A DNA stretch of 64,000 nucleotides from Eledone cirrhosa (GCA_964016885.1 OZ024757.1:37944001-38008000); one strand, 5' to 3'. Counted from the first letter of the stretch, positions 35,182 to 54,483 are shown. Numbers and translations: made by a program. The notes: generated by a model not told the origin, from the sequence alone.

Positions 35182-35213
<32 letters not shown>

Positions 35214-35229
35214 TATATCTATATCTATA

Positions 35230-35289
<60 letters not shown>

Positions 35290-35296
35290 TATATCT

Positions 35297-35330
<34 letters not shown>

Positions 35331-35443
35331 ATATACATATATTTTTTCCCATTCTTTGCCAGCGAACGTCACCATGAACCAAAGTATCGTCTTCCTGTCT
35401 TCCTCCGGTTGCAACGTTTTTTGAAATATCCAGTTCTGCGTTT

Positions 35444-35519
35444 ACAGATTGACTTTGTTAGTTTCAGAAGATCCCGTTAAGGGTGAAAGCGGCGATTCTT
35501 TGCTTAAACTTTAATCTGT
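35444..35519 (+). ncRNA. Type I hammerhead motif with CUGA>CAGA change, family H3
   Basis: AGTTT-CAGAAGA-T-CCC-gttaa-GGG-T-GAAA-GCGG...TTGCT-T-AAACT, with a distal stem I extension ACAGATTGA/TTAATCTGT. Lies in a TA-flanked element at about 35341-35535. Confidence 0.7.
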
Positions 35520-35530
35520 TATTTTAATAA

Positions 35531-36705
<1,175 letters not shown>

Positions 36706-36776
36706 TGGATATAAAGAAATATTGCACGCAATATTAGCAGAATTAGGAAATTAAAGTCAGTTAGAATACAAAATCA

Positions 36777-36817
<41 letters not shown>

Positions 36818-37119
36818 GGAGAGAGAGAGATGAAGGAAAGAAAGAGTGAGTGACAGAGAGAAAATGATTGTGTGATTGTGTGTACATGCGATGTGGTTGT
36901 AATAGTTTGAAAGCCCCTCTGTGAGAGAGATAGAGAGAGAGAGAGAATGAGAGTTATGTGGACGTTGTTAACATCACCATATTATTTCCAATGACACAAT
37001 AACAACTATGAGATTACCATTACATCTAAGATGTAGGATATTAATTTATTAAATATATATATAAATTCATATACATATATAGATATATATATACATATAT
37101 ATATCTATATATATATGTT

Positions 37120-37157
37120 TATGATATAATGGCGTTCTCGGCCTCTAATACATAAAC

Positions 37158-37188
<31 letters not shown>

Positions 37189-37239
37189 CATATATATATA
37201 TGTTTATTTATTAGAGGCCGAGAACGCCATTATATCATA
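37120..37239. repeat. Palindrome of about 120 bp with a (TA)n apex
   Basis: ATGATATAATGGCGTTCTCGGCCTCTAATACATAAACA-(TA)n-TGTTTATTTATTAGAGGCCGAGAACGCCATTATATCAT. Confidence 0.85.
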
Positions 37240-37449
37240 TTTTACGAGAGCAAGTGATTATGTAAGCGTATCAGTGACATCTTAAGTTTAGTCTAATATA
37301 TTAGTAACATACAATATATTACCGTAGAGATCTCATAATTTTACTAGTACACAACACTGATCTGTATTCAATACATCATGTCTGTATATATATATATATA
37401 TATATGCATGTATATATGTTATTATATGAAGTTATATTTATATATATTA

Positions 37450-37489
<40 letters not shown>

Positions 37490-37532
37490 CATAAATATAT
37501 ATATATATGTATATATGTATATACAAATTTAT

Positions 37533-37596
<64 letters not shown>

Positions 37597-37638
37597 CATA
37601 AGATATAATATAATGCCGTTCTTAGTAGGATTCAGTCT

Positions 37639-37684
<46 letters not shown>

Positions 37685-37819
37685 GGTTGGTGGTGGAAGT
37701 AGTAGTAGTTACTTGTTCTTTGGGATATCTCCTGTGTCGTTTATGTAATGCCACGATATACGATATGATTTCTTGTAAAGAGTTCTCCAATATTATTATA
37801 TTTTATTGTTATTCTTATC

Positions 37820-37890
37820 TCTACTACTACTACTACTACTATTACTACTACTACTACTACTACTCCTCCTCCTCATATTACTACTACTAC

Positions 37891-37930
<40 letters not shown>

Positions 37931-37968
37931 GCTACTACTACTACTACTACTACGACTACTACTACTAC
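37820..37968. repeat. (CTA)n microsatellite
   Basis: Direct reading. Confidence 0.95.
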
Positions 37969-38181
37969 GCTTCTGGTAGTGCTTCGTTGACTTTGGCAGA
38001 CGTGATGAGGCAGAGATAGGAAGGTGTTACGTTCGAAACCTCATTTCCTGTTCCAAACATGGCCGTTCCTCGTTCAAATTCACTGCAAAGCCCCACGACG
38101 TTAATAAATAGATTATATATGAATTGATTCATACACACATATATTTGTTTATATATAGAAATGTATATTTATGTATTATTG

Positions 38182-38295
38182 TTTCAAATCCCGCCGAGGT
38201 TGACTCTGCCTTTCATCCTTACAGGGTCGATAAAATAAAGTACCAGTAATACACTGGTTAATTGCTGGCCTTGTGCCAAATGTAGAAACAATTAT
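38182..38295 (+). mobile_element. SINE family A, 5'-truncated
   Basis: Same body and tail as 19490-19600. Confidence 0.8.
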
Positions 38296-38408
38296 TTCTG
38301 GTAATATTATTACAACAATATGACCCTCCCCAAGTATAACAGTATATATGTATATATATATACGTGTATATATACATACGTATATGAGTATATTTATATA
38401 TGTATATT

Positions 38409-38456
<48 letters not shown>

Positions 38457-38562
38457 TTTGTGACAAACTGCGATTTGGTAGGAATGAAAACTTCTGAAAT
38501 TGGGTGCATATGTATGTATATATATATATATATGTATATGTATATATATATATATGTATATG

Positions 38563-38609
<47 letters not shown>

Positions 38610-38733
38610 GTATATATATGTATCTATATATGTATGTATATATCGGAGAACCAAGAAAGTCACACGCACTTACTTCATGTTGTTACGTATCTTTGTGTGT
38701 ATATATATATCTATATACACATACATACATTGT

Positions 38734-38764
<31 letters not shown>

Positions 38765-38790
38765 GTATGTGTGTATATATATACACACAT

Positions 38791-39061
38791 AGTGGGACTG
38801 GCTTTGTGCAGTGCCTTTGCTCACTATAAAAGCTTCACAGCACAGGCATTGCTTTATATCTGGAGATCTATCTGCCTTTGTCATCACATGGTACCATGGA
38901 CCCAGCACTATGTGTCAATAATTGTCCCAAGTGTAGTGTTTGTACCAGAGTTTTTCACGTCGCTGGCTGGACTAAAAAGTCACACTCGTTCAGCACATCG
39001 GTAGGGGTTCTCCTACATGGATATAAAGTAGTGGCCGTTCTCGAAAACAAGTTGGCAGCCA

Positions 39062-39063
<2 letters not shown>
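38791..39063 (+). mobile_element. RTE-derived retroposon, 5'-truncated
   Basis: Matches from AGTGGGACTGG to GCAGCCACC, followed by (AT)n. Confidence 0.85.
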
Positions 39064-39148
<85 letters not shown>

Positions 39149-39571
39149 CATACATATTGATAATTCCTTTCATTTTTCTTTTTAGTCTAAGATTGAAAGA
39201 ACTAACATAAGAGAATATTATATGATGTAAAGAAAGTCAGGAGAATCTTACTGATAATAGACAGAATATTCAATTAGTATAAACAGTGTTGGCATGAATT
39301 TAATATAGCTATATGGATTTTAAAATATGATAAAGTAATCATACTATCCAAGCTACCGACTGCTACACATAAGTTAAATATAATGTCTCTGCTGAAACAA
39401 AGAAGAAAATTTGACGATAAGAGCAAATAATAACAAGCTAGCAAAAGAACTACAACAACATCAACAACAACGAAAAAGTTGACATCAATAACATGCAAAA
39501 TAATAACACCAACAACATAATTACAGGAAGCAAAAAAAGAAACAAATGTCGCCAGAAAAAAACAGGCCAAA

Positions 39572-39792
39572 AATAATGGTTTCTTATGTAGGCACAAGGA
39601 CAGCAATTTTTTTGGGGGGGGGAGGGGAAAGTCAATGAAATCAACTCCAGTACGTGACTGGTACTTTATTTTATCGACACTCGTAAGGATGGAAGGCAAA
39701 GTTAACCTCGGTGGGATTTGAACTCAGAGCATAAAAGGCCGTAACTCTATGCGACAAAGCATGGCGTCCGACCCTCTACCAATACTGCCAAA
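39572..39792 (-). mobile_element. SINE family A
   Basis: Reverse complement of the family body and head. Confidence 0.75.
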
Positions 39793-39793
39793 T

Positions 39794-39824
<31 letters not shown>

Positions 39825-40142
39825 GCTGTTTATTACTGGTGCTTTATTGATGTTGAAAAGATTAAAAGCAGAGTTCGCTTCGGCAAGATTCGAACCGAGA
39901 CCGTTGAACACCGGAATCAATACTGCAGGACAGTTCAGTTTCCTGTGAGATATGTTATATAGGAACATTTCCCTGTGGAACAATATGGTATGCACGCTTA
40001 TATACACATGTATGTTTACATATATGTGTATACACACTTATAAATACATGTATGTCTACATACATACATATACCTCCCTTTATTAATATAAGCAGTCTTT
40101 TTTAGAGGAGATTTGAAAGCAATAGTCTGGAATTCGATCAAT

Positions 40143-40463
40143 GGAGGCACATGGCTTAGTGGTTCGAGCATTGGCCTTGTGTTCAATTCTCAGACCGGGT
40201 GATGTGTTGTTTCCTTGAGCAAGGCGCTTTATTTCACATTGCTCCAGTTTACTCAGCTTTAAAAATAAGATGATAGGGACTGGGGTCCATATCATTCCAC
40301 TGTAAAGTGGTCGTGGAGGCGCCACGGCAAAAAAGCACCAAGCACTCACAGTAAATGAGGTTGGTGAAAGGAAGAGCATGCAGCTGTAGAAATCAAGCCA
40401 GAATCCCACCCTTGCAAGCAGGGGGAAAAGCTGACGTAAAATGAAATGATGATGATGATGATG
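40143..40463 (+). mobile_element. SINE family B with RTE-like tail and (ATG)n
   Basis: Same head and central domain, then GGTTGGTGAAAGGAAGAGCATGCAGCTGTAGAAA...GACGTAAAATGA(ATG)n. Confidence 0.7.
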
Positions 40464-40518
40464 ACGGGCATATAAAGATAAATATATATATATTTATAAT
40501 CAAGGTTTAGCAAATATA

Positions 40519-40597
<79 letters not shown>

Positions 40598-40872
40598 ACA
40601 TAAATACATACATACATAGAGAGGGGAGTAGAGAGAGAGAGAGAGAGACTGTATGTTTGGGTTGGGTAGAAAGTGAATGGATTAATGATTTTTTAAAGTT
40701 TGAAAGCATTCGTTGTTACAAAACTTATTTTATTTCGAAAAGAAAGTTGCTTTATATATGGATAATCCCTGGGGTAGTATTTACATTCTGTGTATCTAAC
40801 CACACTGACTGAAATAACATACAGACACACACACACACAAATATGACCGACCCCCAAAGTATAACAATATAT

Positions 40873-40918
<46 letters not shown>

Positions 40919-41049
40919 GTATATAATGTAGAAATGTAATATAAATATATATATATATATATATGATATATATATACACACACACACATATATATATATA
41001 TTTATATATATGTATCTAGAAAGAGCGAGTGTGAGATGGAGTGAGTGAG

Positions 41050-43945
<2,896 letters not shown>

Positions 43946-45099
43946 GTACATGTGCTTAACTATCCAATTATTTTAATAGTATGAACGTTGTGTAACCCAT
44001 AAGATATAATCTAAAGAAGATGCTGGAGGCTATTTCGTATATTTTTGCGGTATATTTTAACATAGTAGTAACATAGTAGAGGAGATTTGAAAGCAATAGT
44101 CTGGAATTCGATCAACTCAAACTATAAAATTCAGCATTGGAATGTCTTGAGGCGTTTCACTTGAAACTCAGTAACGTTGTAGTAGGTATACATGTGTGTA
44201 TAGACCAAAAGTATAGTTTATATCAATTGTTGTTATTGTGGTTGTTGTTCTTTTCATTCTTACTTTGCATTTTATTCAGAGCGCAGATGTAATGTTATGT
44301 TAAGAAGTTTCGTTATATAACATGTTTGTGCGTGAAAATTGGCATTTGAAAGAGCCCTGCTATACATACATGCCTGGTGTTGACATGTGTATATAATGTT
44401 AAAGTTGACAAGTGTCTCTTTCTTCGCTCGTGTGTGTAAAGTTATGTATGTATGTGTGTCCGTTAGTATGAATGATAGGTTTCAGGTGTAACCTATTATA
44501 TAAAGAAAGGAATTTCTCTCGTTGTAATAGGTGTGGGCTTTGAGGGTTTTTCTTATGCAAAGGTTTGCAGCCCTGTTCATTAACAAGACTGATGTTTTGA
44601 GCGCAGAGCACAAACAAAAGACAACGAATCGAAGTTTCACTGAATATGTATGAAAATGCTGAGCGGCGCGATGATAAACAAGAAACAACCAATTTACAAT
44701 CATTTCTGTTTGAAAAGGAAGCCACCAGCATAGGTTAGAGAACGTGTTTTAAATCTAATATATAAAAGCGAATCTGATATAATAACGTTGGCTATGAGTT
44801 ATGTGGAGAAAATGAAGAAGCGGGTATTTTCAAAACATAGAAGTGTTGAAAATCTTGCGTAAATTGAAAGGAGTGGTGCAACCGTTGGACAACACCGGGA
44901 GAGATTGCAATATAATTGGCACTTGCTTTCTCATGGAAATCTTGCATGAATGTTTGAGAACGAAATTGATACATCATAGGCAATATTAAAGACCACACAC
45001 TTAAGAAGAAATATGTGTAGTTCTATAGTCTCAACAGACATACAGGCTATAGTTTGTTAAGAGTTTATAAATGCAAACATACTTTCACATATACATACA

Positions 45100-45310
45100 T
45101 GTCCACAGTCGATCGACTTTCGTCAAATCGGACCGTAGAAACAATGTTTCCATTGGTCTTTACAAATGCTAATACTATCAATCGGTCGCAACTCCAGGTA
45201 GAAGCTACGTGAAATAAAGTGTCTTGCCCAAGGACATAACGCATCACCGTGTCCGGGAGTCGAACTCACAACCTCAGGATTGCCAATCAAATTCTCTAAC
45301 CACTCAACCA
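45100..45310 (-). mobile_element. SINE family B variant
   Basis: Reverse complement head and central domain; shares the extension GGTCCGATTTGA.GAAAGTCGATCGACTGT with 49366-49590. Confidence 0.7.
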
Positions 45311-46064
45311 CAATGTTGTGTAACCATGCCTCCTGCTAAACGAACCGTATTCACCCTCCAAATTCGATAAATCATGAGCAGACAACCCATACTTCTTAAC
45401 TCGGCTTACGCAGCCGAACCTTAAGAGCCACCGAACGGAAAGGACAGACGTCCCTAAGCAGCAGCTGTAACATTACCTAGTTTCTATAAAATAAAGCCAA
45501 AGCTATTATTATTTGGAGCGACTATGACCCCATTACGAAATAGGCCGTGCTCCAACTCTTCGCTGAGGACGATTTGACCAGACTAGTAGAAAAGGAAAAA
45601 GAAGGCAAGAAGAAGGAGAAGTGTGTGACCACATAAGCCATACAAACATGGCCGCACATACGAGAAGTTATTGGAAGACTTGTGTTAATCAAAATAATCA
45701 CCCCCCAAAAACATTTCCCACGGAACAACATAATGCAAGAGCTGAAAAATAAAAGCATCCTCCACAAAACAGCATATAAACAATGGAGCTGTGATAGGCT
45801 GCCATGAAAATGTCAACAACTATTTTGTATAACCCTAGGACCATGGTTAGAACCGGTGATACGTGTGGAAAACAACTGAAATGAACACTAAAAATATATT
45901 TTTAAAACTTGTTCTTCTCGGCGTTTCAAATTGGCGGAGTTGTTCTCTTTCACTGCACGTCGCTATTTATTAAGCTTGTTACGTTGAAACTGGAAACATT
46001 TCAGTTTGAAATACAGTCATGAACTTGTTCGTTGAGGAATAAAAAAGATACAGGAAAATATAAT

Positions 46065-46114
<50 letters not shown>

Positions 46115-46148
46115 TATAAATATATGTACTATGCTTGCTAGTATGCGT

Positions 46149-46206
<58 letters not shown>

Positions 46207-46251
46207 GAAAGGTATAGAAATCGTTTTAGCGAGAAGCTAACATTATTTCCT

Positions 46252-46310
<59 letters not shown>

Positions 46311-47010
46311 TACACGCACACATATATATATATATATATACACACACATATATGGAAATGTAACAAAATAAAAAAAGAATATCAAGCAACTAGAGGGTAA
46401 AATAAATAATTGGGGAAGGAAAATAAAGAGCAAACATATACATATATGTCGTTGGAACTGCTATCGGTTGTCGCTAGATCTAGTGTCGCGATATATTCGG
46501 TAGGTGTCAAGTTGGCTAACGTGTAGAGCACCGTGTGAGGCACTCGACCATAAAAATATCTCGCTTCAATTGATACACATGACAGTATCGACCACACGAT
46601 ATTGGCTAGTCGACCGCGCTCTGTGTGTGTTTGTGTGTGTGTGTGTGTCTGTATATATGTATATATATATTGTATATATGTATATATATAATATATAATA
46701 TATAATATATAATATATATATATATATAAATATATAGTGTATATATAATATATATATAAATATATACTGCATATATATATATATGTATAATATATATATA
46801 CATATATATATATAATATATATATATAAATATATAGTGTATATATAATATATATATACATATATACTGCATATATATATATGTATGTATAATATATATAT
46901 ACATATATATATATAATATATATATATATAAATATATATAGTGTATATATAATATATATATAAATATATACTGCATATATATATATGTATGTATCATATA
47001 TATATACATA

Positions 47011-47074
<64 letters not shown>

Positions 47075-47095
47075 TTTATATATATATATATATAC

Positions 47096-47148
<53 letters not shown>

Positions 47149-47262
47149 CAGTGAGTGAGAAATATATGTACACAAGCACACACATATATATATATATATA
47201 AATATGTATATATGTGTATGTGTGTGTGTGTATTTGTGTGTGTGTATATATATATGAAGGTG

Positions 47263-47300
<38 letters not shown>

Positions 47301-49365
47301 TATAAAATGTATATATATATATATATAAAATGTATATATATATATATATAAAATGTATATATATATATATATAAAATGTATATATATATATATATAAAAT
47401 GTATATATATATATATATATAAAATGTATATATATATATATATATAAAATGTATATATATATATATATATATAATGTATATATATATATATATATATAAT
47501 GTATATATATAATATATATATATACATATATATTAATTTGTTTTTATATGCATTTGGATGTTTTTGAGGGCAGGAATAATTGGTACGTTCTTCCTTAGAA
47601 ATCGAAAAGATACAGATTTGAGATAGATAAATATATAGATGTATAATGGACGATAGAAGAGAGAGAGAGAGATAGCGAGAGAGACAGAGAGAGAGTGAGA
47701 GAATAAGATGTCTGTCATATAAAGTGAACGTGTCATTAGAGATATCTATCTCATTATCCATTTTAGATAATAGATTAGTGAATGCACAAGATTATGATCA
47801 CCATGTTCGTTTCATGCTCTTCCGCTCCGGTGAGCTTTATATAGTTTGTGTTAATGGTGAAAACATTTACCACTCACTATTGTTGTATACGAGGTCGCAA
47901 GGAGGAGTGACTGTGTTCACTGATATAAACATTTTGGAGCTTTTCCGTGTGTGTGTGTATGTGTTATTCTTTTTTCAAGAGATCGTTGCCTTTTTAGACA
48001 GTAACGAAGTAATAATGCCGTGATTTGGCGTCTTTATGTGAGTTGGAAACGTTAAGTTTTCGGATTAACATGTCTCTGTTTTGTCACCTCATTCACTACG
48101 GTCAGTCCAAATCTTGCCGAAGTTTTCATATTTATGTGTTCAATAAATAAATTACACATTACGTACTGGCATCGATTTTGACTTTCTTTCTCTGAAGTAC
48201 ATCAGATATTACGACATGGAACGAAATAGGCCCTGCTAAGTTTAAAGATGCCCAGGCCACGTTGTGCTTCAGGACGGCGTCTTTACGAATTCTTCATCCG
48301 TTTAAAGGCTCTTTTTGAGATACAATGTTATTAACAAATGTATTCTAGATCAGGGTTTCATTTAGCACTTGGGGGCACTTCAGGTCCGAGGACCCCTCGT
48401 ACACGATAAGTGAGAATAACCCTCCCACCAATTTTACACATCAAAGTTAGCTTGGCTCAAGTAATTAGAATAAAAAGTTATGCAAGCTAGTTTTTTAACC
48501 ACATTATGAATCGCTTTACAATAGACGTAAAGAAGTCGAGTCAATTGAAGCAAATATAAGATATAACGTGCATCTTTTTTTTAAAACCAGAATTAGACTT
48601 GTATTCAAAAGACAAATATCTTTTGTTTTATCACTTCTATCAAACCCACTCTCCATTAAACCCCTTATTTCGTTTCTTGTTGTCAACTGCACGTAGAAGG
48701 GTCATTAATATATGTCCAGTATTTTCTACGCTACTTCCTCACGGTTATTCTCATTTATCTCCTTGCAAATCCTATTCGGAATCGAAGATCTTTCCTAACA
48801 TAACGTTTCACCAGATAATTGCCACGTTTACATTGTAACGTATATTTGTTATCAACCTAATTTCTGTCTACAAATATACAGTCTCCAAGTACAATTTCTA
48901 ATCCAATGTCAACAATCTTTTGATTAGTCTCTCAATTTCATCAATTTCCTTTGTCGTCGATGTAAGAACGTTTAAACAACCTCTCTGTGTTGATATTGGG
49001 TGATGGCTGTTTCCTATAATCATGTTCCTTCTAGTTTAATCTCGTTCATAGTATATTCCTGACACATTTTTCTGTTATTTTCTCGACTTTATTTTAATTT
49101 ACTTCAGGTTTGTCTCATTACTTATCTAATATTGTTGTTGTATCGAGATGGCAGTCATTTCACTTTAATACGTTTTATTTTGTTAAGTACTAAACAAAAT
49201 ACATTGCTAGTTAACGTAAGGTATCAATGTCGAAGATACATCAGTAGAAATTATACTAAAATATTATTTACATGATTCTATATATACTATGTTATTTTCG
49301 CCGCGGTAGAGGCTTTACCTTACATACTTATCACACATAATATCGAATCTTTGAGATTTTGGTAT

Positions 49366-49590
49366 GTGAAGGCGCGTGGCTGAGTCGTAAGAGAATTGGA
49401 TTCGGAATCGTGAGGTTGTGAGTTCAATTCCTGGACCGGGTGATGCATTATCTTCTTGAGCAAGACACTTTACTTCGCGTTGCTTTTTCTACCCGGAGTT
49501 GCCACCGATATAGAGTATTATCAATTGATGGAAAGACCAACAGACCAACATTGTTTCCTCGGTCCGATTTGATGAAAGTCGATCGACTGT
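49366..49590 (+). mobile_element. SINE family B variant
   Basis: GTGAAGGCGCGTGGC head, CTTGAGCAAGACACTT domain, and the shared extension. Confidence 0.7.
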
Positions 49591-50419
49591 CTCTCAATAT
49601 TTTGAGAAATATACCTTAACATCATTATGAGAGGCCGGTTACAGTCTGTTTGAATAGAAAGAGGTGCAAGGATTCTGACCAGACATGGCCAGTTTAAATG
49701 CTAACGGTTTAACCCATGATGGAGTCGTAGAGGCACCACCGTGGTGAAACCAAGGGTGTCTATGACATTTTACACCCGACGGAATTCAGGTCGAAAGGCC
49801 GCTAATTTCTTCTAGAGAATGAGACAGAGAGAACATCGACCTTATTAAGGGATTGATACTATATTCACCGACCGCAAAAGAATGAAAGGCAATGGTTGAT
49901 ATCGGTGGGATTTGTCGGACAACAGTGAGTAGTAGACTTTACTTCATTGGATCTCAAAGTAGTACAATTATAATATATACTATTTAAATAGTTGATGTAA
50001 TAGGAAAACTGTCATAATGATTCGAACGTTAGTCGTTCATTAGAAGATAGAATAAGCGATAAAAAAAAAAAAATAGAATGATAGACGTGAGTAAGAAAGG
50101 GAAAAAACGAAAAAAAAAAAAGGTTTTTCAGAAAAGGAAACGACATAAAGTGGAATTACTGACGCAGCAATTGTCCACATGACACAGTTGAGATATCCTG
50201 ACTATACAAGGGTGCACTGCCTACAGCACCTCTCTTCTTCCCTTACTTTTGTAATTCATTTCTTCTCTTTTTATTGCAATCAAAGAATCCGCTTACAAGA
50301 CAACATATTTATTGAAAATATATGACAGTAGTTTTAGAGTGGCAGTTATTGAAATAAAAGCAAACATAGGAACAACTCAAGTTATATTTCCTACTCCTAC
50401 ATGTTTTCTAAGGCAGAAA

Positions 50420-50580
50420 ATGGCACAGTGATTAGTACGTCGGATAGAATGATTTGCGGTAATCGTTTCGACGGACTCCTCTGTCAATTCAAATCCCACG
50501 GAGGTCAAATTTACCTTTCATCCATTGGAGGTCGATAAAAAGAGTACCAGTCGATAAAAAGAGTACCGGTCGATTCTTCT
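50420..50580 (+). mobile_element. SINE family A, degenerate
   Basis: TTCAAATCCCACGGAGGTCAA...GTCGATAAAAAGAGTACCAG with a local duplication. Confidence 0.6.
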
Positions 50581-50804
50581 TCTATATCTCTTTCTCACTT
50601 CCATACTCTCACCCAATCTATCTTTCTCTGGAAGAAGTCTGCTGTATTCGGACCTGGAGAGTTTTGGGCTCCGCCATTTTGTAAAATGCCCTGCGGACAC
50701 TGTCTATCAAATCAGTGCCCCTAGGACTCCTCCGGGAGTTACGGGACCCTGCATGCATGTATACGTTTTCTATCGACGACGTAATTCACAAAAATGACGA
50801 ATGA

Positions 50805-50921
50805 TGATAATAATAATAATAATAATAATTGTTTCTACTTTTGGCACAAGGCCAACAATTACTCCAGTACATTACTGGTACTTTATTTTATCGACCCTGT
50901 AAGGATGAAAGGCAAAGTTAA
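50805..50921 (-). mobile_element. SINE family A 3' part
   Basis: Reverse complement body with (TAA)n tail. Confidence 0.75.
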
Positions 50922-51509
50922 TAATGGTTTATTATAATAATATTTTTATCTTAAAGACAATAAATGCTAATGTATTTATTTATGAAACAAACATGACAAG
51001 TTCGCGAAGTGCAAATTTGATGGGTAGAAATGTGTTTCCAATAATGTTTGAGCATCTATTTTCATTTTATATACACGTTAAGTAGTAAAAATTGCATCAA
51101 TTAATAAGGCAGATAAAATAATAACACTTCTTTTTTTATTGCCATAACTTTAAGACTGTTAATTTTATTACAGGCAGTTTATTCAATATTAATTCAGTTT
51201 ATTCTAGCTTGGTCAGTGTAATTGTATCTTTCTTGTGGCCTTAAACATTCCCCAAGAGCTTGTCATGTATACAAATATAAAGTCGAAGAAAATCAGCAGA
51301 CGAAAAGGGTAGCATTAATGTACAGAATTAATACTTAAATCTAACGTTGTAACTGCAATGTTTACTAATCAATAGAGCAATAAACGCATGAAGTAAATAA
51401 TGCATTGGTTCATCTGATAATATCGGAGGCATCCAATAAATAAACACATTGGATTTTATTTCCTCATTGAATTTGTATTAAAAAAACATTAACATCGTAT
51501 TAATATTCC

Positions 51510-52362
51510 TCAGCCATTTTCTGTTAAATTGTAGTTTAGTTTGGATTTCTTGAGTGTCTAAATTATATTCTAGATTGGATTCTTGAGTGTCTAAATTATA
51601 TTGTAGTTAGATATTTTCGGTTATTGCTCCATACATGAACACTACACGATTCTATGTAATCCATAAGCCGCCCAAAATTAGATTTCTAAGTGGTAGGTTA
51701 ATCCGGCTAGAAATACCAGCTACATCTAGTATATATCACAATTTACACTATGATATGCCACGGTCGTCCAGATCAGTTGGAGACGGTTGCTTCTTACAGG
51801 ACCCACCGGAAGGGGTGTTTGAGGACTCTGCTTCCACTGCCCTTTCAGGAATAAGTCAGCTACTTTCTGTTAAATTATAGTTTCGATTTCTTGAGTGTCT
51901 AAATTATATTGTAGTTAGATATTTTCAGTTATTGCTCCAGGCAAATATATATGAACACCACACATTTCCATGTAATCCATAAGCCACCAAAAAGTAGGTT
52001 TCTAAGTGGATGGTTAATCCGCTAAAAATAGCAGCTACATCTAGTATATATAACAGTCTACAATATGATATGGCACGGTGGGTTACGTAGTTCTAGTTGT
52101 TTTTCGTCCGGGTCAGTTGGAGATGGTTGTTTCTTACAGAACCCGCTGGAAGGAATGTTTGAGGATTTTACCCTTACGATCCTCTCAGGAATAAATCAAC
52201 TACATTCTGTTAAATTTTAGTTTAGATTTTTTTGAGTGTCTAAATTATATTGTAATTAGATATTTTCAGTTATTGCTCCAGACAAATATATATGAACACC
52301 ACATAGTTTAATTCAATACATGAGCCGCCAAAAAAGTTGGTTTCAACTGAATGGGTTAATAG
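51510..52362. repeat. Tandem repeat, unit about 340 bp, about 2.5 copies
   Basis: TTCTGTTAAATT.TAGTTT..TTGAGTGTCTAAATTATATTGTA recurs near 51519, 51865 and 52205, with collinear downstream sequence. Confidence 0.85.
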
Positions 52363-52894
52363 CATATGTATATATGGTCTATGGACCCGTAACATATGAT
52401 GGTGTCAGTGGGGTGCCGTATTGACATGCAGTGTTTCTAGGGCATTTTAAAACCTGGTAGATCCAATCTCCTCTCCACGTCATTTTATCGAATTATCCTT
52501 CCGGTGTCAATCAAATAAAGAGCCAGTCAAATATTTGGGTGGATTTAATCAATTTTTACTTGATCTGAAACCAGTTAACTTTCTCCCTAGATTAAAAATC
52601 AATTAGCTATACCTGGTATTAAGTCACATTGAACCGATTCTTGGCCAGATCATTTTATGTTGAGTGTATTCCAACAACAACTGGTGATTGCGTAAAATCG
52701 CTTTCAAATGTTTAGAAATCAATGTCTTGTACTCATTCAGTCACTTGTATATATGCGTGCATGATTCAATACACATGTGTACATCGTTGCTTTGTATTAT
52801 ATAGTGTTCTTTCAGACCCAAACTTTAAAACTTCGACATTCGATACATAGAGATCTGTACTCTATTACCCAGGCTGTTATAAGTATGATGTAAG

Positions 52895-52964
<70 letters not shown>

Positions 52965-52971
52965 CATATAC

Positions 52972-53039
<68 letters not shown>

Positions 53040-53042
53040 GTG

Positions 53043-53080
<38 letters not shown>

Positions 53081-53082
53081 CA

Positions 53083-53124
<42 letters not shown>

Positions 53125-53131
53125 CATATAC

Positions 53132-53238
<107 letters not shown>

Positions 53239-54404
53239 CATATACTTATATATATATATATACATATACTTATATATATATATATACATACATATATATA
53301 TATATATATATACATATACTTATATATATATATATACATACATATATATATGTATCTACATATACTTATAAGTATATATATATACACATAGACACACACA
53401 CACATATATATATATATGTATATACATATACTTCGATTTCAACATTTCTTAGCTCTCTAATTCTCCTTACTGACTTTAGCTGTAAGCATATGTTTCTTTT
53501 TTTTCATCTCTTCATTCTCTGATTCATTCGTTTACTCTATCAACCCTTTCTTACTTTGTCTCCCTGACTACGTATTTCTATTCATACTTTACCCATTCTT
53601 GTTTAATTTTGGTGTCTGTCTGTTTTAACTCATCGAGTCGTCGACGTTTTTATTTTTTCATGTTCTTGTTTTGGGTTTTTCAGTTGAGGTTTGTTATTGT
53701 TGTTGTTGTTGCTGTTATTGTTTCCCTGGCCCGCAAACATTGCTGATCGTAAACATCATTCATTTATCATTTAGCCATTCATTATCATTATCTAGTTAGA
53801 GTATTTCTCTATATTTTTCTGGCTTTTTTTTCCTCGTTTCTGTTTTCTCTTTTCTCTTTTCACGTCTACTAGGACAAGGTAATTGCAAGCATTCATTTAA
53901 AGACATTCAATTATATCAATACATCTTAAAGAAACCTATGTATACAGTAAACCAAATATTTCTTTTCTTTTCCTTCATTGCTGTTGGGATCCGAGTTACT
54001 TGTTCTCTATTCCTAGTATGGCTTCGTCCGATCTAATTTCAATAGTGAAACGTTCTCCTACTCTCTCATGTGTGTATCTATGAATAAACCTTCTTTTCGA
54101 GTCTTTGTCTTAATTGTGACACTTCACTGAATATTTCTTCACCATCTTTATTCCCAGAACTCCATAAGTCATTCAATGGGTATTTTATTTGATTTTATTT
54201 TGTTTTATTTTATTTTCTCTTATTTTCTCTACTCCTTACATTTTGCCTTTTCTTTAATAGATCTCAATACATCTTCTATCTTTTACACTCCGTAATATCA
54301 TTCATATATTTCCTAATATGTTTGTTTGTTTTTATCATATTTTCGCTATATTTCGCATGTTCAGCATTCAGAAAAATACACCATACATTATATAGATTTC
54401 TAAT

Positions 54405-54483
54405 ATAGGCACAAGGCCAGCAAAGATTGCGGGGAGTTGATTAAAGCAACCGAAGTACTTAATTGGTACTTCATTTCATCGAC
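54405..54483 (-). mobile_element. SINE family A 3' fragment
   Basis: GGCACAAGGCCAGC...TGGTACTTCATTTCATCGAC. Confidence 0.55.

Noticed and set aside
44560-44990. Possible very old Tc1/mariner transposase remnant (MKKRVFSKHRSVENL)
   Set aside because: Many stops and frameshifts, no clear catalytic motif or terminal repeats; needs a translated HMM search.
45520-45800. Purine-rich coding-like stretch (RRRRSV..YEKLLEDL)
   Set aside because: Interrupted by stops; no family can be assigned by eye.
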